A stretch of DNA of 64,000 nt, taken from contig CAWDWE010000007.1 in the NCBI GenBank assembly GCA_963805875.1, positions 887,013-951,012 on the forward strand, in the 5' to 3' direction. The position numbers were made by a program, and so were the translations under genes. This document shows, in pieces, positions 1 to 9,420 of this stretch. The notes below the pieces were generated by a model that did not search any database, was not told the origin of the DNA, and worked only from the letters and a program-made list of their open reading frames with translations. The stretch is from Pirellulaceae bacterium (GTDB lineage Bacteria; Planctomycetota; Planctomycetia; Pirellulales; Pirellulaceae). Numbering within the stretch: position 1 is the stretch's first letter; each line of letters begins with the position of its first letter.

Positions 1-177
1 CGATGTTCCGACAATGCATCGACCGCAAGTCGCGCGAGTTTGTCGCCGGAGCAGTTGATTGCGCGGTCGAAATCGTCCTCGCTTCTTAGCTCGGCAAGCA
101 AACGCACCGCCAACACCTCTTGCTCGTCAGCCGACAATTTAGCGGCTTCGGCGAAGGCCTCTTCGAGTAATTTGGTC
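1..177 (-). CDS. putative addiction-module antitoxin-like component. Start at 177; the rest of the gene lies beyond the window start.
   Basis: Reverse-strand ORF MTKLLEEAFAEAAKLSADEQEVLAVRLLAELRSEDDFDRAINCSGDKLARLAVDALSEH. GGAGG 6-8 nt upstream of the ATG. Resembles the small 'putative addiction module component' family. Overlapping + strand ORF 40..582 judged spurious over this stretch. Confidence 0.45.
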
Positions 178-279
178 ATAGGAGATCCTCCACGATCAAT
201 TATAGTCCACGCGTCCCAGTCGCAAAGCTATGAGACAATCGGGTATCATTGTTTTGCGGCGAACACGCTAGGGGGAAGA

Positions 280-582
280 ATGACAGCGACCAAAATGCCG
301 GCGTTACGCATCGTTCAATCTTCGGGATTGATCATCGTCCTCTTGCTAGTCTCTGCTGGACTACTCGCGTTGGCTGCTGGCATGTACCCACGCATACGTT
401 TGGTAGTTAACGACAGGCCAACGCCGCGGATAATTTCGGAAGAGCGAGAAGTGATCGGCTGCAACCGCAAGCCGATCCGGCAGACGTACCCTCGATTCCC
501 GATAACTTGTCGCCCAGCACCACTAATATCTAAGGGACGAAAAGGGGTCGGCTACTTATTGACGGGAACGCTCCGGTTGTAA
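280..582 (+). CDS. small hypothetical membrane protein in a low-GC stretch
   Basis: ATG at ~280 preceded by AGGGGGAAGA. Product MTATKMPALRIVQSSGLIIVLLLVSAGLLALAAG... has one TM segment. Local GC is well below the window average. Weak call. Confidence 0.25.
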   Translation: MTATKMPALRIVQSSGLIIVLLLVSAGLLALAAGMYPRIRLVVNDRPTPRIISEEREVIGCNRKPIRQTYPRFPITCRPAPLISKGRKGVGYLLTGTLRL

Positions 583-1239
583 GGTTGTCGCATGCCTTGA
601 AATCTTGGTGCTTCCGCCGCCAACACGTTTTAACACGTCACCACTCATCGCAGTGCCCGCGACACTGTATTTCACAAAGACGGCGACTACGCCGCGTTTC
701 TCAAAACTGCTAGGCGGAGTGAGCGCTGATGAACAGGTGACCATATTTGGCGCCGCTGCTGAGAACAGCAGCGCCACGTGACCGCTGGGGAGGGGAAAGT
801 GTTGACAATTAAATTTTCGGAAATTTTTGGGAACCCAAGGGTTGTCCGGGGCGTCTATTGTGTATAGTATACATATGTTAAGTTACGTCCATCGGCCGCA
901 GCGCCGAAGGATGGGCGTTTGGGCGAGGCGGCTGGAATCCAAATTGATCATCTCGAAGGCCCGCGGCAAAAATGTGCCGTCGCGGCCGAGGTAGAACGTA
1001 TGCGCAAGACGACAAAACCCACATTCCAGTGCTGCCAGGGAATCGTTTTTCCCAGGCCCGAATACCCTGCTGTGGAGGGGAAGGTGGTGACAGTGAAAAA
1101 AATAGTTCACCAAAATCCGGGGGCTTTGGGGTCCTCGATTTTGGTGAACTATTGTTCGCAGTTGTCACCACATACCAGCCATCAGGGGGGGTATGGCGGC
1201 TGGCCTGTGCGTGAAACAGCCGAAGCGCCTGTCTCCACG

Positions 1240-3345
1240 TTACTCGGCGCCCTTGTCAGCGGCGGCTTCCGCCTGCGGCATTTCCCAGGCCAGGCTGACC
1301 CAGCCGTTGTCGCCGGCGGACAGGGCGGTGAGCTTCAGCGGGCCGGCGCTTTCCCAGGCGCCGCGCAGCCGCAGGCTGAGGTCGTCTAGTTGCGGCTCGA
1401 AGAGGGCGTCGAATTTCGTCTGCCAGAATTTTCGCAAGGTCAGGTAGCGAACCGACAACTTGCCTCCTTGGTCGGGGAAGGTGATGGCCACGTCGCCGTC
1501 GCGAATCAGACGCACCGCGCCATCCTTGCGGTTGACCTTATAGACGGCCGAGATGTGCATCGGCTCGTTCATCGCCCGGTTGCGGGCGGTGAAACGCACG
1601 CCGCGGAGGGTGATCGAAAGCTTGTCGTTGTTGATCGACAGCAACACCGGCCGGCGGCTGGCGAAGGTGATGTCCCACGGCTCGGAGTCTTCGGTGACTT
1701 GCAGTTCCTGGGGGACTTCGCCGCGCCAATTGTCCATTGCGTCGGCCAAGCCGATATCGGTCATCACGGCCCCGCGGAAGACAATGTCGGCCAGGTTGTT
1801 GACCCAACTCTCATGCACGCGGGCGGTGACGTCGCCTGCGGCCGGCGCGGCCGGCGGGTCGTTGGGGGCGGCCAATTGCTCCGGCGAGGCGAGAATCATC
1901 GTGTTGAACAGCTTGTCGGCGGTGCTGTGATATTTCACCAGCCGCGGCTCGACACCCCGGCGGGCCAGCGGGCCGAAGAAGTCGTCCTGCATCTGCTGAT
2001 TGGCCTCGGCCAGTTGCTCTCGCACCCGCTGATCCAAGTCTCGCCTGGTTCGCTGCTCCGTTCGCTGCGACGACCGTCGCTCGCCGGACGCTTGGCCCTG
2101 GGCGATCCGCTGGCGGGCGATGTTTTCCACTTGGGCCGATGGGGCGCGAATGTTGAACGTCTTGTTGTCGGTCGTGCAGCGAGCCGTCGCCGGGTCGGTG
2201 CCAAGACCTCGCTCGGTGAACATCACCGGCTTCGCGCCGTGAATCTGCGTCACGCCGGTCGTGTTGAACGAAACGCCGCTGCCGCCGGAGGTGCGAGTGT
2301 CGGAATTCGACACGCCCGTCATCTCCACCAGGACTTCGCCGTATCGCCCGTTGGGGACGAGCGTCGCCGCGATGTCGCCGGTGGTGTGCGACGTGCCGGA
2401 GGTCGAATTGCCATTGGTGTAATCGCTGATGGGGTCCGTTTCGTCGACTTTCTCCGCAAAGCCATGCACGACCAGACGCTCGGACGCTTGCAGCAGAAAG
2501 TTCGGGCGAGCAAAGTAGTAGCGGATCGCCTGCACCGCGTCTTCACCCTGCTTGGTGCGCTCCAGCCAGCCCAGCGCCTCGCCCAGGGCGGCGGCGTTTT
2601 GTTCGTCTGGCTTCTTCTCATAGGCGTTGAGCCGCTGGGGCAACTTCGCCAGCAGGTTCTCATCCTGATCGGCGACCATCTCCGACAGTTCCAAATAGTT
2701 TCGCAGCGCCTCGCGCAGCGCGACAAACCGCGAATTCGCCAGCCCCTTTTCGCTCCCCGCCAGGATCGCCCAAACTTGCACGAGTGTGTCGCGATGCGGC
2801 TTCTCCTCGGCGAGTTCGGCTTGCAAGTCGTCGAAGCGCGTGAACTCCGTCCAGCCCTTCGCCTTTTCTTCACCGCCGCGCTTCAGAAAGCTACCAAACG
2901 CGTTGGCCGTGTCGACGAGCCGCTGGCGGGCGGCGGCGACTTTTTCCGGCTCGACCGGCTGGATGTTTTCGACGGCGGCCTTCGCCACCTCGCCCAAGGC
3001 GTCCTGCTTGGGAAGCTCAAGTTCCGCAATCCAAGCCTCCAGCGCGCCGCGGGTGTTGGCGAAATACTTGCGGGTCAGCCCGCTCTGGCCGCTGGCGTAT
3101 TGCGCGAGTACGTCGCGGACGACTTCCACATCGGCGTCGTGTCCCTTGGCCAGTTGGGCCTGGAGCGCGTCGGTCTTGAGAAAATCCTGCCAGGCCGGGC
3201 CACGATCGCTGGTCCCCAGCCAGGCATCAAGCGCGTCGAGCGACGCCTGCACATTGCTCTGGGCCGATTGGGCCTGGGCCGAGGGCGCGGCGCTGAGCGA
3301 TAGCGCGCCAATCATAAGGAGAACTGCCGCGGGATAGAAACGCAT
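1240..3345 (-). CDS. large secreted hypothetical protein (~701 aa)
   Basis: Long minus-strand ORF. Internal start MRFYPAAVLLMIGALSLSAAPSAQAQ gives a signal peptide, with AGGA ~10 nt upstream. No recognisable catalytic motif. The 637-aa ORF on the opposite strand is antisense noise. Confidence 0.7.
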   Translation of the reverse strand: MRFYPAAVLLMIGALSLSAAPSAQAQSAQSNVQASLDALDAWLGTSDRGPAWQDFLKTDALQAQLAKGHDADVEVVRDVLAQYASGQSGLTRKYFANTRGALEAWIAELELPKQDALGEVAKAAVENIQPVEPEKVAAARQRLVDTANAFGSFLKRGGEEKAKGWTEFTRFDDLQAELAEEKPHRDTLVQVWAILAGSEKGLANSRFVALREALRNYLELSEMVADQDENLLAKLPQRLNAYEKKPDEQNAAALGEALGWLERTKQGEDAVQAIRYYFARPNFLLQASERLVVHGFAEKVDETDPISDYTNGNSTSGTSHTTGDIAATLVPNGRYGEVLVEMTGVSNSDTRTSGGSGVSFNTTGVTQIHGAKPVMFTERGLGTDPATARCTTDNKTFNIRAPSAQVENIARQRIAQGQASGERRSSQRTEQRTRRDLDQRVREQLAEANQQMQDDFFGPLARRGVEPRLVKYHSTADKLFNTMILASPEQLAAPNDPPAAPAAGDVTARVHESWVNNLADIVFRGAVMTDIGLADAMDNWRGEVPQELQVTEDSEPWDITFASRRPVLLSINNDKLSITLRGVRFTARNRAMNEPMHISAVYKVNRKDGAVRLIRDGDVAITFPDQGGKLSVRYLTLRKFWQTKFDALFEPQLDDLSLRLRGAWESAGPLKLTALSAGDNGWVSLAWEMPQAEAAADKGAE

Positions 3346-3599
3346 GGCGTGGGATCCTAATGAAAGGAGGCTGGTAGGCCGTTGTTGATGCACAAGACCG
3401 CTGACCCGGCATAAATGCCGAGCCTAATGCCGCGACGCGGACGAATGCACATCTTGCCTGATCGGCAGGCTCTACGCAAGGGTCCACGGCGACGCAACTT
3501 TCGCGGAATGCAGCCGAAAATGGGGGGCGAGGCTCCTGCCGAGCCAATACGCCGGGCTCCGCAGGAGCGTCGCCCTCCCATATCGTTGCCCTCCCATAT

Positions 3600-4391
3600 C
3601 TACGTCCCCGGAATCGGCCAGTGCCAGGCCGACGTAAAACCACCGTCGACGTAAATGATCTGACCTGTCAGAAACGCCGACGCCGCCGATGCCAGGAACA
3701 ACGCCGTACCGACCATATCCTCCGGTTGGCCCAACCGGCGGGCGGGTGTGTTGGCGATGCCCCAGTCGTGCATCGTCGGGTCGCTCCAGAGCTTTTCCGT
3801 CAGGTCGGTGAGGATGAAGCCGGGGGCCAAGGCGTTCACCCGCACGCCGCTCGGTCCCCATTCGGCCGCCAACGCCCGCGTCATCCCGGCCATGCCCGCC
3901 TTGCTGATGGCATACGGCGAAACATTGAGCAGCGGCCGGTCGGTGTTCAGTGAGGCGATGTTGATTTGCGAACCCGACCCGCGGGCGACCATCGCGCGGC
4001 CGACCTCCTGCGACATGACATACGCCCCTTTGAGATTCACGTCGAGGATGGCGTCGTAGTCGTCTTCCGTCACGTCGCCGGCCGGCTTGCGGCGATTCAC
4101 GCCGGCGCAGTTCACCAGCGTGTCGATATGCCCGCAGGCCTCGATCACCTCTTCGACGACGTGATGAATGGCGGCCGTGTCGGCCACGTCGCAGACGAAG
4201 CCGGCAGCCGTTCCGTCATGGTGCGTCTTGATCGAGCGGACGCCCTCGTTGACCGTATCCTTCCGCGTGCCGGTGATGACGACATGCGCCCTGCGCTCGG
4301 CGAAGCCTTGGGCGATGGCTCGCCCGATGCCGCGCGTGCCGCCGGAAACGAGCACGATTTGATCTTCCACGGAGAACAGGGGATCGCTCAT
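3600..4391 (-). CDS. SDR family NAD(P)-dependent oxidoreductase (FabG-like)
   Basis: N-terminal Rossmann motif VSGGTRGIGRAIA. NAG/YxxxK-type SDR layout (ASLNTDRP...YAISKAG). 263 aa. Confidence 0.9.
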   Translation of the reverse strand: MSDPLFSVEDQIVLVSGGTRGIGRAIAQGFAERRAHVVITGTRKDTVNEGVRSIKTHHDGTAAGFVCDVADTAAIHHVVEEVIEACGHIDTLVNCAGVNRRKPAGDVTEDDYDAILDVNLKGAYVMSQEVGRAMVARGSGSQINIASLNTDRPLLNVSPYAISKAGMAGMTRALAAEWGPSGVRVNALAPGFILTDLTEKLWSDPTMHDWGIANTPARRLGQPEDMVGTALFLASAASAFLTGQIIYVDGGFTSAWHWPIPGT

Positions 4392-4428
4392 CGCCGCACC
4401 TCATCGAGTGAATCTGTCGTCACGATCA

Positions 4429-4483
4429 GTAGGACGACTTTCAAAGTCGTCCTACGGGCTGGTGTCAAAGTCGTCCTACCGGG
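4429..4483. repeat. REP-like hairpin pair (GTAGGACGACTTTCAAAGTCGTCCTAC plus a partial second copy)
   Basis: Perfect 10-bp stem with a TTTCAAA loop. Same stem/loop style recurs at 63190-63340. Confidence 0.6.
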
Positions 4484-4591
4484 CGGCGTCTCGCCGAGTG
4501 AAACTTTCCGCACGACCGTTAAAACCGCCCCGCGCATCTGTTGGTAACGCCCCTGGTGCCCCGCGTCAAGCGCCGCCTGCCCGTGGGCGAC

Positions 4592-4850
4592 GCATGATTG
4601 AAAGTAGGCCGCGAGTCCTCTCGCGGGCCATAGCCTTTTATCCGCGTCAGCGGTAATAGGCCCGGCATTTATGCCGGGTTAGCGGCGCAACGCGACACAC
4701 ATTAGCCCGGTTTACCGGGCTTCTCGCTGCACGGTCGTCCGCTCCGATGAGTGAACTCCGGCGGCAAGAAGCCCCGTAAACGGGGCTCGTAGGTTCGTGC
4801 GACACCTACAAACCCGCCGTAAACGGCGGGCCTATTACCGCTGACGCGGA
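4592..4850. repeat. composite hairpin-array repeat. A GAAAGTAGGCCGCGAGTCCTCTCGCG unit is followed by a tandem series of short stem-loops. It is paralogous to 60455-60700 and 62990-63030.
   Basis: Palindromes CCCGGCATTTATGCCGGG, CCCCGTAAACGGGGC, CCCGCCGTAAACGGCGGG. The ~40-nt block ...CCCGCCGTAAACGGCGGGCCTATTACCGCTG... is nearly identical at 60636-60670. The GAAAGTAGGCCGCGAGTCCTCTCGCG block recurs at 62993-63022. Lies in the divergent region between the SDR gene and the GT4 gene. Confidence 0.6.
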
Positions 4851-4880
4851 AGAAATGAACGTCTTTGTAGATCGCCATTC

Positions 4881-6074
4881 ATGCATCAACTTGCCGAAAC
4901 AGTCGGAAATCGTTTGTCTACCGACTTGGAACAAACCTCCATCGACCAACGCCTGGAAAAAGACTCCCGACCCCCAACCCCCATCTTGCACGTCATCAAC
5001 GGCGAGCATTACTCCGGGGCGGAGCGGGTGCAGGACTTGCTGGCGCTCTGCCTGCCGCAGTTCGGCTACGAAGTCGGCTTCGCCTGCGTGAAGCCCGACA
5101 AGTTCCCCGCTCATCGCCAGTCGCAGCGGGCGGTCATTCATCCAACGCCGATGGCGGGCAAGTTCGACGTCCGCGTCGCCCGCAAGCTTGTTCGGCTCGT
5201 TCGCCAGTACGGCTACAAAATCATCCACGCCCACACGCCGCGCACGGCGATGGTGGGGCGAATCGCTTCGGCCTGGGCGGGCGTGCCGCTGGTTTATCAC
5301 GTGCATAGCCCGACCTCGCGCGACTCGACCCGCGGCTGGCACAATCGCCTCAACACTTGGATTGAAACCGCGAGCGTCCGCGGGGCGGCGCGGCTGATTC
5401 CCGTTTCGCAGAGCCTGGGCCGGCACATGCAGGCCGCCGGGTTTTCCAGCGCGCGCCTGCGCGTCGCCCCTAACGGCGTTCCCTCCCTGAAAGCCGTGCC
5501 CCATCGAAAGACACCCACCGGCACGTGGACGCTGGGAACGGTCGCCCTGTTTCGCCCCCGCAAAGGGACGGAAGTGTTGATCGACGCGGTGGCTGAGCTT
5601 CGCGAGCAGGGGAATAACGTGCGGCTGCTCTGCGTTGGCGGTTTTGAAACGGCCCAGTACGAGAAGCAATTGAAACAGCAAGTCGCCCGCCGCCATCTTG
5701 ACGCTTACGTCGAGTGGGCCGGCTTCACGACCAACGTCAATGCCGAACTGGCCCGCATGGACCTGTTCGTGCTGCCCAGCCTCTTCGGCGAGGGGCTGCC
5801 GATGGTGGTACTCGAGGCGATGGCCGCGGGCGTGCCGGTCGTGGCGACGGATGTGGAAGGCGTGCCCGAGGCGATCCGCGACGGGGTCGACGGCGTCATC
5901 GCCCCAGCCGGCAGTGCCGACGACCTGGCCGCCGGCATCCGCCGCGTACTGACAGGCCAGTTGGACTGGGAAAACCTCAGGCTCTCCGCCCTCGTTCGCC
6001 AGCACGACCATTTCTCCGACCGCAGCATGTCATCGGCCGTCGCCGCCGTCTACAACGAACTGCTCGCACACTAA
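4881..6074 (+). CDS. glycosyltransferase family 4 (GT-B, RfaG/WcaL-like)
   Basis: C-terminal GT4 signature ...LFVLPSLFGEGLPMVVLEAMAAGVPVVATDVEGVPE... (E-x7-E region). N-terminal HYSGAERV sugar-donor motif. Confidence 0.85.
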   Translation: MHQLAETVGNRLSTDLEQTSIDQRLEKDSRPPTPILHVINGEHYSGAERVQDLLALCLPQFGYEVGFACVKPDKFPAHRQSQRAVIHPTPMAGKFDVRVARKLVRLVRQYGYKIIHAHTPRTAMVGRIASAWAGVPLVYHVHSPTSRDSTRGWHNRLNTWIETASVRGAARLIPVSQSLGRHMQAAGFSSARLRVAPNGVPSLKAVPHRKTPTGTWTLGTVALFRPRKGTEVLIDAVAELREQGNNVRLLCVGGFETAQYEKQLKQQVARRHLDAYVEWAGFTTNVNAELARMDLFVLPSLFGEGLPMVVLEAMAAGVPVVATDVEGVPEAIRDGVDGVIAPAGSADDLAAGIRRVLTGQLDWENLRLSALVRQHDHFSDRSMSSAVAAVYNELLAH

Positions 6075-6185
6075 CCCGAACGCGTAAGCGAGGGAACGGC
6101 TCTCACACTACCCCGTAGCGTATGCCAGGGAAATGCGGCCGATTCCCTCCCCCAAGCGTTCGGGCTAGTGTGAAACGCGTTGCCG
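6063..6185. repeat. REP-like palindromic element, inverted paralog of 63085-63185
   Basis: Blocks ACGCGTAAGCGAGGGAACGGC and CGTTCGGGCTAGTGTG match GCCGGATTCCCTCGCTTACGCGT and CACACTAGCCCGAAC at 63100-63165 in reverse complement. Confidence 0.5.
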
Positions 6186-6242
6186 TTCGGTAGACTGTCG
6201 CAGAAGCAGAGGAAAGCGATTCATACGAACAACGGAAAAGTT

Positions 6243-8190
6243 ATGAAATGTAGTTCACTTGTCGGAGCAGTAATCGTCTGGTTGATGTGCGGTGTGGCGG
6301 CGCGCTGCGACGAGGCCAAATGTGTGATCGCCGATGATGGGGGGCCGAAGGTGAGCCTTGTCGGCGGCAGTGTGCGCGAGTCGGTGGATGAATTGAAGAG
6401 TTATCTTGATCGCATCACGGGAGCGGATTTCACCATCGCCGCCGAGCGGCAGGATTCGCCGGCTATCTACGTGGGCGTGGCGGCGGATTTTCCTTGGCAT
6501 AAAGTCGATGCGCCGCAGAAGTTGGGCGGGGAAGGATTTGTGATTCAGGTCGCTGATGGGAATTTATTCGTCATCGGCAACAAGCCGCTGGGCGTGCAGC
6601 AGGGGGTGACGACGCTTTTACATGAACTCGGCTGCCGCTGGTTTTTTCCCGGCGAGGTGTGGGAAGTTGTGCCGCGGCAAAAAAATCTATCGGTCGCGAT
6701 GAACGTCCGTCGGGCGCCGAGTTTCCCCACGCAGCGCCGCATTTGGTATGGCTTTGGGGCCTACGGGCCGTGCAAAGAGGATTGGGACGCCTGGGTGCGG
6801 CACAACCGGATGGGCGGGCCGCTGGCCGTGGGCATTGGGCACAGTTGGGCGGGGCTGAATGCTGAGAAAGATTTTCCAAAGCACCCGGAGTGGTTCGCGC
6901 TGGTTGATGGAAAACGTCAGCCGAGCAAGCCGTGCTACAGCAATCCGGACGTTTTGGCCAAGGCCAAAGAGGCGGCGCTGCGGCAAGCCGAACGAGGCGA
7001 TGCGATGATCTCGATGACGCCGCCGGACGGGCTAGGATACTGTTCGTGCGAGAAGTGCAAAGCGGTCGCCGGCGTGACGGAGGTGTTCGAGGAAAAGGGA
7101 TCGCTGTTCGGCAAGCAAGCCGACGGCACGCTCGTCAACGTCACCTCCGAGACGGTGTTCCGTTTCGCCAATGATGTCGCCGAGGCGGTGGCGGCCAAAT
7201 ATCCGGATACACTTATAGGCTGCTACGCCTACAGCGCCTATTCGCACCCGCCGTCGTTCAAGCTGCATCCGAATGTCTACCTGCAAACGACGACCGCCTA
7301 TCGCCGCACGCCGCTGTCGCTCGAAGAACAGGTCTCGGCCTTCGGCGAAAAGACCGAGCAGCTTGGCATCCGCGAGTATTACAGCGTCTATCAATGGGAT
7401 TGGGACTACCCCGACCCCGGCAAGATGACGCCCGACGTGCTCAAGCAGGATCTGTCGAATTTCCACGCCTGGGGCGTGACGGCCGTGAATGCGGAGGCCT
7501 CGAACAATTGGGCGGCGCGGGGGTTGGGTTACTTCGTGGCGTCGCAACTCTTGTGGGACATTGACGCCGACACCCGGCCGATGGTCAAGGATTTCTACGA
7601 AAAAGCCTTCGGCCCCGCCGCGCCGGCGATGGAGCGATACTTCGTCCGCTGGTACGGTCCCAGCGCCGCGGCCTTGGGCGATGCCAAAGACTTGCCGCAG
7701 CGCGCGAAGTACATGGAAAAAGGCAAGCACGACATCGAAGTCCTCCGCGCCGCCTACGCCGATTTAGATGACGCAATCACACTAGCCCGCATGCGTAAGC
7801 AAGGGATCGGGCGGCGGTGAAGCAATCCTCGCCCGCATCGATCACTTGCGGATGTACCTGCACTATCTCACGCTGCGATATCAACTCCAGCAAGCGGAAG
7901 CCACCGGCGACAACAACAAAATCCTCGCCGCCATCGGCGAAGAAACACAATTCGGCGGGCGGCTCACCTACACCAACATGATTCACACCCGCCCGCTGCT
8001 CGGCAAAGCCTTCCTCCGCCGCTTCCGCAAGCACGCGGATTTGCTGGAAGACTATCCCGCCGCCCAACAGAAGACCGGCGACTGGCGCGTCATCGGTGAG
8101 CCGCCGCGCGCGACGAGCTGGATCGCCTGTGGGAGGTGGATAAGAAGCTTTTGGCGAAATAGTTGTTCCATGTTTCGATCGATTAGTTGA
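6243..8190 (+). CDS. secreted hypothetical protein, DUF4838-like. Apparent 1-bp frame disruption near 7786-7812.
   Basis: Signal peptide MKCSSLVGAVIVWLMC. Frame 0 ends ...DAITLARMRKQGIGRR*. The frame 7846..8190 reads straight on (...GSGGGEAILARIDHLRMYLHYLTLRY...) with no independent start. Join is ...LARMRKQ/GSGGGEAIL.... Confidence 0.6.
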
Positions 8191-8240
8191 GTGGACGGGC
8201 AGGAGTGCCCGCCCTACTTGGCCGGCGATGTGAGGTATTC

Positions 8241-9107
8241 ATGTTGAGTGTCAGCGGGCGAGCGGCGATATCGAGACTGCTGGGCGGGGCGATTCTCTTC
8301 GTCATCGCAACCGGCTGCAACAATCAACCGCCGCCGACGCCGAGAAACGCGACAGTGACCATCGAGGGAAGCGAAGGCGGGCCGGTCAACTCGCACGGTT
8401 CGCCCGAGCGGTCGTCGCCGGCCGACGAGCCGGAAACGCTATCCTTCACAGCCGAGGAATTTTGGCGGATCACCCGCCTGGAAAATCCGTGGGAAGCGCG
8501 GCAGTTGCATGGGAAGATGGTCGAGATTCGCGGGCAAGTGACAACCGTTGCTCTTGTCAACGGCGTGCCACAAATGTTTGTGCGCGAGGGGGGCATCGGT
8601 CCCGAAACCGAAGGCGACATCGAGCATTTCGGCGGGCGGTTCATCTCGGCCGACCCGCAGCCGTGGGCGATCGCCCTGCCGGGTCAGCAGATTACGGCCA
8701 CCGGGCGATACAAGATGCCGGACAATGACCTGATACGTCGCCACGGCCTCGAGCCGCTACGGATTCAGATCACCTCCGCGTCGGACGACCGGCTGGTGCT
8801 GACCGCGGAGGAATTGGCCGAAGAATTCCAAGCGCAGCCTGCGGCCACCAACGACAAGTACCACCAGCGCTGGATGGAAATCCGCGGCGAAGTGGTGAGA
8901 GTCGACGCGCTGCCCGAAAGAAGCGAAACGCAAGTCAATCTGCGAGGGACGGAAGATTTTTCCATTCGCTGCGACTTCGCCCACACCGGCGAAGAAAAGT
9001 TTGCCGACGCCCTTTCGCCCGGCGACCAGGTGCGCATCGCGGCGGAATACTACAACTTTGACGAAGACGAATTGTCGCTGATGTCCTGTTTGGGGATTGA
9101 GGAGTAG
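8241..9107 (+). CDS. hypothetical lipoprotein
   Basis: MLSVSGRAAISRLLGGAILFVIATGCNNQ has a lipobox (ATGC). 289 aa. No known domain recognised. Confidence 0.6.
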   Translation: MLSVSGRAAISRLLGGAILFVIATGCNNQPPPTPRNATVTIEGSEGGPVNSHGSPERSSPADEPETLSFTAEEFWRITRLENPWEARQLHGKMVEIRGQVTTVALVNGVPQMFVREGGIGPETEGDIEHFGGRFISADPQPWAIALPGQQITATGRYKMPDNDLIRRHGLEPLRIQITSASDDRLVLTAEELAEEFQAQPAATNDKYHQRWMEIRGEVVRVDALPERSETQVNLRGTEDFSIRCDFAHTGEEKFADALSPGDQVRIAAEYYNFDEDELSLMSCLGIEE

Positions 9108-9117
9108 CGCCGTCGGC

Positions 9118-9384
9118 CTATTCTTTGACAGGAAAGTAGACTCCGCGGTCCTCTTCCTCGCGTTTGCGCTTGAGTGTCTCACTGAGGATGCGTTCAACCT
9201 CCGCGTTGTCCGCTTCAGGATGTTCGGCGCGAATCGCCACGCGCATCTGTTCACACTCCTCTTCAAACATCCGCACTCCCGCACAGAGTTTCTCTTCGGG
9301 CGACATGGCACGTGCGCGGCGAACGCGTTCGCGAAATGCGGCGACCTCTTCTGGCGTGTGTTGCATGGATGGGTCTCGGAACAA
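9118..9384 (-). CDS. small charged hypothetical protein (88 aa)
   Basis: Helical, charged ORF MFRDPSMQHTPEEVAAFRERVRRARAMSPEEK... immediately downstream of the GT2 gene on the same strand. Larger ORFs overlapping it on other frames look spurious. Confidence 0.35.
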   Translation of the reverse strand: MFRDPSMQHTPEEVAAFRERVRRARAMSPEEKLCAGVRMFEEECEQMRVAIRAEHPEADNAEVERILSETLKRKREEEDRGVYFPVKE

Positions 9385-9420
9385 TGGTGAATGGTCCTAA
9401 TCTTAATCTTCATTCTAATC

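Noticed and set aside
1390-3303. 637-aa + strand ORF
   Set aside because: Antisense to the signal-peptide-bearing 1240..3345 gene. Arg/Gly/Ala-rich composition typical of high-GC antisense frames. No start context.
4408-4656. ORFs sharing the peptide ESRPRVLSRA (4408..4656 and 62943..63218)
   Set aside because: The shared peptide is encoded by the nucleotide repeat GAAAGTAGGCCGCGAGTCCTCTCGCG. Flanking sequence is unrelated and hairpin-rich.
4806-6011. 401-aa minus-strand ORF
   Set aside because: Antisense to the well-supported GT4 glycosyltransferase. No motif.
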